Virus record (IMG/VR): IMGVR_UViG_3300028841_000107
DNA: 64,000 bases
Reading direction: 5' to 3' (one strand)
From: a virus
The notes under the pieces are model-generated. The model did not search any database, had not been told where the DNA came from, and saw only the letters and a list, made by a program, of their open reading frames with translations. Shown here piece after piece: positions 57,477 through 64,000 of the stretch (position 1 is the first letter of the stretch; every line of letters starts with the position of its first letter). The translations under genes and the position numbers were made by a program.

Positions 57477-58004
57477 TTGAGGGACCCGAACGGGACTACC
57501 GTCGTCCTGCCGCTGCCAGTCGAGGACGCGTTGCTGGAGGCCGCAAAGGAGAGCGGAGTCCGTCCGTCTCTCCTCGTCGGCCTCGCGTGGAAGGAGTCGT
57601 CCTTCCAGTGGTGGGCCGCGAAGTTCGAGCCGGGCTACCCGTACCTCTGGGACGTCAAGGCGAACAAGCCGACCCGGAGCGAGACGGTCGGGTCAATCGG
57701 CTTCGTCTCGCAGGCAACCGAGCTGGCGTTCCAGCGGACCTCTTGGGGCCTCTGCCAGGTGATGGGGGCCGTGGCACGCGAGTTCGGGTTCAAGGAGGCA
57801 CTCCTCTCGCACCTCCTCGATGTGCGGCTCTCGGCAACGTACGGCTCGCGTGTGCTGGCGAACCTCCTGAAGCGGCACGGGAACGAGGCGGACGGTTTGT
57901 CGTCCTACAACGCCGGCTCGCCGACGGACTCGAACTTTGCCGGCTACGTGTCGCCCATCCTGAAGATGGCCGAAATCTACCGGCGCGAGAAGGGCGTGGA
58001 ATGA
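57477..58004 (+). CDS. Endolysin, SLT-type lytic transglycosylase, about 175 aa
   Basis: GLAWKESSF (catalytic Glu-Ser), WGLCQVMG and SSYNAGS motifs. The start is uncertain; TTG 57477 lies just after the upstream stop. Confidence 0.75.
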   Translation: MRDPNGTTVVLPLPVEDALLEAAKESGVRPSLLVGLAWKESSFQWWAAKFEPGYPYLWDVKANKPTRSETVGSIGFVSQATELAFQRTSWGLCQVMGAVAREFGFKEALLSHLLDVRLSATYGSRVLANLLKRHGNEADGLSSYNAGSPTDSNFAGYVSPILKMAEIYRREKGVE

Positions 58005-58246
58005 GCACGTTCGAGATCCTCGCTCTGGCGCAAGCGTGCTGCCTGGCGGTCGTCGCCGTGTGCGGGATTGTCGCGGTGCGTTCCGTGAACCGCGTCGTTG
58101 CTGCGATCGAGCGCTTCTCCCCTGCGCCACAGCCGCCCGCCGCGGAAACACCGAAGACCGAGGCCGACCTCGACCCCGAAAGCTGGAAACCGGTTCAACT
58201 CCACCCACGGCGTCGCCGCCGCCGCATCGCATTCCCGGGGAGGTGA
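58001..58246 (+). CDS. Small membrane protein, 81 aa
   Basis: ATGA overlap. One span ILALAQACCLAVVAVCGIVAV; Arg-rich end. Confidence 0.5.
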   Translation: MSTFEILALAQACCLAVVAVCGIVAVRSVNRVVAAIERFSPAPQPPAAETPKTEADLDPESWKPVQLHPRRRRRRIAFPGR

Positions 58247-58249
58247 CGA

Positions 58250-60814
58250 ATGGGATTCAGAGACATCGTGAAGAGCTTCTTCGGCCCCGGCGGGGCAACC
58301 GACGAGCCGCCGGAGCCGCCGCTGGCTACCCAGACGCACGAGGACACGACCCAGGTCATCACCGCGCACGATGTCGGCGGAGAGCCTACCGAGGTGACAC
58401 AGAAGGAGCGTGACGCGCTCTTCTGGATCATCGAGCGCTACCTCCTCGAAGACTCGTGGAGCTACCGCCAGGATCTCTTCCGCTGCACCAAGGCGGACGA
58501 ATACTGGGCGAACAACATGTACCAGGAGGGCGAGTCGTCCGACGGGACGATGGCCTACGGCGTCCAGCAGAGCCTCCTGACGACCGACGACGAGGGTCCG
58601 GCAGACGACGGCGAGGCCATCTACTCGATCCCCTCCTACCGGGGCTACGGCCTGTCCTTCGTGGCCGTCGTGGCCGCGCGAGTCCCAGGAGTCCGGTTCA
58701 CGGCCCTGAACCCGGAGAGCCGGGACGACGTCGCCGCCGCGCGCTCGGCCGGCCTCGTGGCCGAACTGTTCCGCCGCAACAACAAGCTCCAGCCGGAGCT
58801 GGCGAAGGCGGCGAAGCTGCTCTGGAACCACGGACGCTGCTACGCCTGGGTCCGCCACCAGGCGTCCGCCCAGCGCTTCGGCTTCACAGTGAAGCCGATC
58901 ATCGAGTACGTCCCGCAGATTCTCCCCGGGAAGCCGGCCGAGCACATCTGCGCCCAGTGCGGGGCCTCTTCTCCCCCCGAGGCGCCGGCCTGCGTCGTCT
59001 GCGGCGCCCCCCTCGGGCCAACCACTTTCATCCCCCCGCAGCCACCGCAGCCCACGATGGTCCCCAGGGTGACCGGTACGAAGCGGACTCCGAACGGGGC
59101 CGAGGTCGTCACGATCCACTCGGCGCTCGAGGTCCGCACCCCCGCGATCTCCAGCGACATGTCGGACTTCCCCTACCTCCACTTCTCAACGGAGGTCGAT
59201 CGGTCTGCTCTGCGCGCGGTCTACGGCGGGGAGGTCATCGACAAGGCGCCGTCCACGATGGGCTCGGACGGCGACGTGGGCGAGCTCCAGCGGCGCGTAC
59301 GGATGACGCTCCGGAGCCGCACGGGCGGCGTCAGCGGCTCCTACGCCGTCCCCTACGACCCCAGCAACTCGAAGATGACGCTCTCCCGCGTCTGGCTTCG
59401 GCCGTACACGTTCTTCCGGGACGACCTTCCCGGGGGAGACGAGGTCCGCGACAGCCTGCTCGCACGGTTCCCGGAGGGCGTCTCCTTCGATCTCCTCGGG
59501 AACACCGTGATCGGGACCCCTCGGGCTGGCTCGATGGACGACGAGTGGAAGGTCTGCCACGCCCACCCGGGCGAGGGGCAGTTCCGGGAGTCCGTCGGTG
59601 ACGCCATGCTGGACTGCCAGGACGCCTCGAACGACCTCCTCTCCTCCGCGATTGACGCGGCCCGTCACTCCTCCTCCAAGGTCTTCGCGAACAAGGCCGT
59701 CATCAACCAGGAGGCGATGAAGAATTCCAAGGAGCGGGCCGGCCAGTTCTTCCCGATCAATATGCCGGGGAACGGGCCCGCCAGGGACGCCTTCTACGAG
59801 ACCCAGATGTCCACCGTGGGGGCCCAGCACGTCCAGCTCCAGCAGATCCTCATCAACGACACGGCGCAGTTCGTGTGCGGCGTCCTCCCCGCCGTGATGG
59901 GTCAGGGTGACGCCGACCTGAAGACGGCCGCGGGGTTCGCGATGGCGCGGGACCAGGCCCTCGGCAGGATCGGGACGCCGTACCGTGCGCTGAAGGAGTT
60001 CTTCGTCGGGATCTACGACCTCGGCGTGATCGCCTTCATCAAGAACCGCAAGAGCGACACCCTTGCCGCGGCCGGCGACATGGCGAAGCTGATCCGGCTG
60101 GAAGACCTGAAGGGCGAGTTCCGGGTCGCCCCCGAGTCCGACGACGGCTACCCGGTGGTGCCGTCCGACGTCCGCGATGTCGTGATGGGCTACGCCAACA
60201 ACCCGGACATGAAGCCGGCATTCTTCGACCCTGACAACTACGGGGTCACGAAACAGGCGCTCGGTCCGCTCGGGTTCAAGTTCCCTGGCGAGAAGGCTTA
60301 TGCCCAGCAGGAGCGCGAGATCGAGGCCCTGCTCCGGAACAAGCCGCAGCCGGTGCTGGACGCGATGGGGATGCCGGCCCTCGACATGATGGGACAGCCG
60401 ATCCTTCGGTCCTCAGTCCCGATCGACCCGGTTTTCGATGACTCCCCGGCGCACTTCACAGCGATCCAGAAGTGGCTGCAGGGCGAGAAGGCGGACGAGG
60501 CGAAGATCATCAATCCGCTCGGGTTCAAGAACGTCTGGCTGCACGGGCTGGAGCACCACCAGGCCATCCAGGCGATGCAGGCCGGCTTCCCGCCCCCCGG
60601 CGCTCCGATGCCGCCGATGCCGCCTCCCGAAATGGGCGGCCCGCCTCCTCCCGGGGCAGAACCACCGATGGGGCCGGAAAGCGGCGCCCCCCTCGAACCG
60701 CCACCTGAGTTCAACCCACAGGCTCCTCCCGAGGCGCTTCAGCAGGCGCCGATGGAGGGCCCGCCCCCCGCTTCCGGGCCAACGCCCATCGCACAAGGAG
60801 GACTCCAGCCATGA
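58250..60814 (+). CDS. Portal protein candidate, 854 aa
   Basis: GGAGGTGA SD. Call rests on size and position immediately upstream of the scaffold-like and capsid genes. Has an inserted zinc-ribbon-like CAQCG...CVVCG and a Pro-rich C-tail. No portal motif recognised by eye. Confidence 0.6.
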   Translation: MGFRDIVKSFFGPGGATDEPPEPPLATQTHEDTTQVITAHDVGGEPTEVTQKERDALFWIIERYLLEDSWSYRQDLFRCTKADEYWANNMYQEGESSDGTMAYGVQQSLLTTDDEGPADDGEAIYSIPSYRGYGLSFVAVVAARVPGVRFTALNPESRDDVAAARSAGLVAELFRRNNKLQPELAKAAKLLWNHGRCYAWVRHQASAQRFGFTVKPIIEYVPQILPGKPAEHICAQCGASSPPEAPACVVCGAPLGPTTFIPPQPPQPTMVPRVTGTKRTPNGAEVVTIHSALEVRTPAISSDMSDFPYLHFSTEVDRSALRAVYGGEVIDKAPSTMGSDGDVGELQRRVRMTLRSRTGGVSGSYAVPYDPSNSKMTLSRVWLRPYTFFRDDLPGGDEVRDSLLARFPEGVSFDLLGNTVIGTPRAGSMDDEWKVCHAHPGEGQFRESVGDAMLDCQDASNDLLSSAIDAARHSSSKVFANKAVINQEAMKNSKERAGQFFPINMPGNGPARDAFYETQMSTVGAQHVQLQQILINDTAQFVCGVLPAVMGQGDADLKTAAGFAMARDQALGRIGTPYRALKEFFVGIYDLGVIAFIKNRKSDTLAAAGDMAKLIRLEDLKGEFRVAPESDDGYPVVPSDVRDVVMGYANNPDMKPAFFDPDNYGVTKQALGPLGFKFPGEKAYAQQEREIEALLRNKPQPVLDAMGMPALDMMGQPILRSSVPIDPVFDDSPAHFTAIQKWLQGEKADEAKIINPLGFKNVWLHGLEHHQAIQAMQAGFPPPGAPMPPMPPPEMGGPPPPGAEPPMGPESGAPLEPPPEFNPQAPPEALQQAPMEGPPPASGPTPIAQGGLQP

Positions 60815-61275
60815 AGCTCTATCGCGGGATCATCTACGGCATCCTCGTGGCCGCCCTCCTGCCGGGGGCGCAGGCGTTCGCCGCCACGAAGATGCTCAAG
60901 AGCACCAAGCCCGGGAACGTCGCCATCACCTCGATCGTGTGTGGTGGAACCGACGCCTCGGCTTACGGCGACTTCGCCGCCGAGAATCTCTACTCGGCCG
61001 CCTACAACATGAAGGGCGGTCGAGTGGGGTCTATCACGGCCGCAAGTACGGCTGGCGCGACCGCGGCTCCCGTCATGCAGATCGCGCCGACGGAAACCGG
61101 GCCATGGGAGACGGTGGCGACGTTCACCAACCCGCCGGCAAGCACGGCGATCTCCTATTCCATCCCGCTCAACATCAACTACGTGAGGGTCGGGATCCCA
61201 ACTGGCGCCTACACGACCGGGACGGTCTACTTCTGCATCACGGTCGTCAGCCGCAGCGGAGAGCCCGTCTACTAG
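60811..61275 (+). CDS. Signal-peptide protein between portal and scaffold genes, 154 aa
   Basis: ATGA overlap. N-terminus MKLYRGIIYGILVAALLPGAQAFAAT; beta-rich remainder. Confidence 0.6.
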   Translation: MKLYRGIIYGILVAALLPGAQAFAATKMLKSTKPGNVAITSIVCGGTDASAYGDFAAENLYSAAYNMKGGRVGSITAASTAGATAAPVMQIAPTETGPWETVATFTNPPASTAISYSIPLNINYVRVGIPTGAYTTGTVYFCITVVSRSGEPVY

Positions 61276-61293
61276 TCCCGCGGTACTGGGACG
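61275..61293 (+). promoter_or_regulatory. Conserved late-region motif, copy C
   Basis: GTCCCGCGGTACTGGGACG is identical to 50644-50662. It starts at the last base of the upstream TAG and ends 91 nt upstream of ATG 61385. Confidence 0.5.
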
Positions 61294-61384
61294 ATACAGC
61301 CGAACCTAACATTCCGGCACACCCCTGCGGCGCGGGCCCGCAACCCGTAACCACTGCGAGCCGAGGGACAAAGGAGCAGACCAC

Positions 61385-62830
61385 ATGGTCGGAGACGTCT
61401 CGATCGAGACCGCCCCGCAAGCGGGGGCGCAGAATCCGGGAGGACTTGCTGATCCTGCGACGCTGGCAGGCGAAGGAAGGTCCGACGCGTACATGGCGGA
61501 GATGGAAGCCCTCGGGCTTGCCGGCGACGCCCACGCGGATCAGATCGCGGATGCCGTCACGGGCGGTACTCCGCTCCCAACGACGCCGACCGAACCCGTT
61601 TCCGGCGACGAGCCGCAGGCCGGGGAGGTCAAGGCGGAAGCCGCCGCCCCGGTACTGGACGGCGACGAACCCCCGGCGGACTGGGCTCCAAGCGAAGACG
61701 TCAAGGCCGCGTTCGGCAGGCTCAACAAGGAGCAGGCTCGCGTCTTCCGTGCCGCCTTCTTCAGGGACGCCCAGTTCAAGCAGTACGGGTTCCGGCCGCA
61801 GGACGCGAAGCTCTTCAAGGAGACCGGCTTCACGCCGGAGCGCGCCCGCAAGACCCTCGAGCGGTTCTCGACCGCCGAGGACGAGGAGATCGCAGACAAC
61901 CTGGCGGCGAGCGCTCAGGAGTTCGTCCGCGACTTCAAGACGAGCCCCGAACGGTTCCTGCAGAACCTCTACGCTCTCGACCCCGACGCCTTCGTGGACG
62001 TCGTGAAGGCCGCGGCGCCGATTGCTCCGAAGGTCGATCCCGTGTCGGCGCGGGAGCAAGCCCAGGCCACCTACGACCGCAACCTCCGGTGGCACTTCAA
62101 CCAGGCGCGGCAGAACGCCATCAAGGCGGGCAACCAGGAACTCGCTGCCGCGGTCGATCTCATGGAGATCGACGCCTTCGGCTCGATCGGAACCGGCGAC
62201 GCGCGCCCGCCGACCTCGGGGGATCCCGAGCTCGACCGTCAGCGCGAAGAGCTTCGCCTCGAAAAGAGGCGGATCGCGGACGAACAGCGCCGCATGGCCG
62301 AGAGTCGGCAGGCGTCGTTCACCGACTACGTCGTCACGGCGGCGCGGCGGGACATCCGCGGAGAGATCGAGAAGACCTTCGACGCCATGAACCCGACTGG
62401 GTTCAGTCCGGCGGCCCGCAAGCGGGTCGTCACCGAAACCTTCGAGACCCTGGAGCGGGCGATGGCCGGCAATTCTCGTCGTCGGAACGAGATCGCCTCC
62501 ATCCTCCAGCAGGGCAGGCTCGACCAGGCGCACGCCCAGCAGGCGTACGGATTCATCACCTCACGGGCCAAGCCGATGATCCCGGCGGTACTCCAGGAGA
62601 AGCTGGCGGAGTACCGGGAGATCACGGCCTCGCCCGCACCGGCCGCCCCCGCGGCGGCCCGCCCTGCCGCTCCCGCGCCCCCAGCGCGGCGGGCAGCCCC
62701 ATCCCCGCGGCCTCCCGCGCCGCAGCAGCAGCCAGCCCAGAGTCCCGATCGGGATTTCGGGGCCCCCGGCTGGAAGGGGATGCAGGCTCTCCTGAACGAG
62801 CACACGCGCAGGGCGGGCATCCCCGTGTAG
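61385..62830 (+). CDS. Scaffolding protein candidate, 481 aa
   Basis: AAAGGAG SD. Acidic N-terminus, long Ala/Glu/Arg/Gln helical body, Pro/Ala-rich C-region. Sits between the portal-like and capsid genes. Confidence 0.55.
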   Translation: MVGDVSIETAPQAGAQNPGGLADPATLAGEGRSDAYMAEMEALGLAGDAHADQIADAVTGGTPLPTTPTEPVSGDEPQAGEVKAEAAAPVLDGDEPPADWAPSEDVKAAFGRLNKEQARVFRAAFFRDAQFKQYGFRPQDAKLFKETGFTPERARKTLERFSTAEDEEIADNLAASAQEFVRDFKTSPERFLQNLYALDPDAFVDVVKAAAPIAPKVDPVSAREQAQATYDRNLRWHFNQARQNAIKAGNQELAAAVDLMEIDAFGSIGTGDARPPTSGDPELDRQREELRLEKRRIADEQRRMAESRQASFTDYVVTAARRDIRGEIEKTFDAMNPTGFSPAARKRVVTETFETLERAMAGNSRRRNEIASILQQGRLDQAHAQQAYGFITSRAKPMIPAVLQEKLAEYREITASPAPAAPAAARPAAPAPPARRAAPSPRPPAPQQQPAQSPDRDFGAPGWKGMQALLNEHTRRAGIPV

Positions 62831-62849
62831 AGGGCAGAAGAGGTAGCCC

Positions 62850-64000
62850 ATGGCCCTCACCAATGAAGACTTCGTAGCCGCGCAGCTCGAAGTCGTCCGG
62901 CCCCTCGCGCCGAAGTTCTACGAGCGGGAAGACTCGCTCGGCTCCCGCATGCTGAAGAGCACGGCGGTCTCGCAGTCCACGCGCGACCTCCGCATCCCGC
63001 TCCCGATCCGGCCCGGCGGCAAGTTCCGCTACCTCAACTTCAACGGCGGAGACTTCGGGCTGGGCTCCGGCGAGCACCTCGAAGTGGCGAAGCTGGCGCC
63101 GATCGAGTTCGGCATCGTCTACGAGATCACCGACCGGGTGATCTTCGCGACGGACTCGCCGCAGAAGTCGGCCGTCAACGCCGTGAACCGTTCCGTCTCG
63201 ATGGCGATGGACGAGTTCAAGAACTACGTGGACGGCGCCCTCCAGGGCGGCGGCACGGGCATCGTCGGCTACGTGGACGCCGGCTACGTCAGCGGCGACA
63301 CGGTGGCCTTCACGCTTCCCTACTACGCGCAGAACCTGCGCGAGGGGGCCACGTACGGCGTCTACAACTCGACGCAGACGACCTACCGCGGCCTTCTCGA
63401 TCTCGTGACGCTCGACCTCCCCAACGGAGAGGCGACGTTCTACGCGGGGCAGGCCGCCACTATCGGCCTCACGCAGGGCGACGTCCTCGTGAACGAGGGG
63501 CTCACCGCGACCCCGCCGGTCGGGCCGTACGGCCTGCGCTACCACCACAACAACGCCACGTCCGGCCTCTGGCTGAACGTCGATCGGGCGACCTACCCGC
63601 AGGCGCGCACCCCGACCGTCAACGCGAACGACTCGATCTTCACCCAGACCCACGTCCAGAGCCTCATCGCCCGCATGGAGATGGCCCTCGGCCAGGAGAT
63701 GTTCGAGGGCGGCAAGTGGGCGTGGTTCATGCACCCCGGCCAGCTCCTCCAGTACATGGAGCAGCACATCACCATCTCGGAGATGACGCTGAACGGCGGC
63801 GGGGCGGCGAACGGGAACGTGGACATCGTGCAGCAGAGGAAGGCCCTCGCCAAGATCCACGGCATCCCGGTGATCCAGAGCATCCACGCCTCCCGCGAGG
63901 ACGTGGACCTCATCAACTTCGAGGTCTGGCTGCGCGGCACCTACAAGGAGGTCGGCCTGCACCCGATCGGGAACAGCACCAAGTTCCCGCGGGTCTCGGC
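62850..64000 (+). CDS. Major capsid protein candidate, 3'-truncated by window end (at least 383 codons)
   Basis: Not in the ORF track because it has no stop in the window. Hand translation from ATG 62850 stays open to nt 64000 with very high G/C third-position bias: MALTNEDFVAAQLEVVRPLAPKFYEREDSLGSRMLKSTAV... The 446-aa minus ORF 62622..63962 is its shadow. Confidence 0.7.
   Translation, partial: MALTNEDFVAAQLEVVRPLAPKFYEREDSLGSRMLKSTAVSQSTRDLRIPLPIRPGGKFRYLNFNGGDFGLGSGEHLEVAKLAPIEFGIVYEITDRVIFATDSPQKSAVNAVNRSVSMAMDEFKNYVDGALQGGGTGIVGYVDAGYVSGDTVAFTLPYYAQNLREGATYGVYNSTQTTYRGLLDLVTLDLPNGEATFYAGQAATIGLTQGDVLVNEGLTATPPVGPYGLRYHHNNATSGLWLNVDRATYPQARTPTVNANDSIFTQTHVQSLIARMEMALGQEMFEGGKWAWFMHPGQLLQYMEQHITISEMTLNGGGAANGNVDIVQQRKALAKIHGIPVIQSIHASREDVDLINFEVWLRGTYKEVGLHPIGNSTKFPRVS

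Overview
GC-rich, almost gap-free window that reads as a tailed dsDNA phage genome segment. No integrase or repressor was recognised. All calls come from hand reading of the ORF track and sequence; no homology search was run, so functions rest on recalled motifs and synteny.

Layout:
(1) 1-16.9 kb (+): virion/ejection block. It holds a 744-aa structural protein, five Gly/Gln/Pro-rich low-complexity proteins, a GNAT-like ORF, a 2572-aa giant polyvalent-type protein (ParB/Srx-like domain plus an HExxH motif) and a free-standing HNH endonuclease.
(2) 16.9-28.9 kb (-): leftward block of about 32 small ORFs, mostly joined by GTGA/ATGA stop-start overlaps. It includes a vWA protein, a multi-HTH protein, Cys-rich proteins and an idealised pentapeptide-repeat protein encoded by 33 near-identical 15-bp units.
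(3) 28.9-30.4 kb: 1.57-kb ORF-poor divergent control region with palindromes, duplicated modules and G-tract direct repeats.
(4) 30.4-49.3 kb (mostly +): early/middle block. It holds a TGT/DpdA-like TIM-barrel ORF, PD-(D/E)xK nucleases, a ParB-like DGQHR protein, a tRNA-Thr(CGT), and an initiator-like gene with GTCACG iterons upstream and inside it (candidate ori). It also holds an exonuclease plus Sak4-like ATPase module and a lone minus-strand terL.
(5) 49.3-64 kb: two more HNH genes, a tail-fibre-like protein, a lysis cassette (SLT endolysin), portal, scaffold and a 3'-truncated major capsid gene that is absent from the ORF track.

Most notable observations:
- terL is interrupted by a 311-codon intein whose interior encodes a canonical HNH homing endonuclease on the opposite strand (dual coding).
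- Five hairpins with an identical pentaloop and co-varying stems sit upstream of start codons in the leftward block.
- A conserved 19-23-bp motif precedes three late transcription units.
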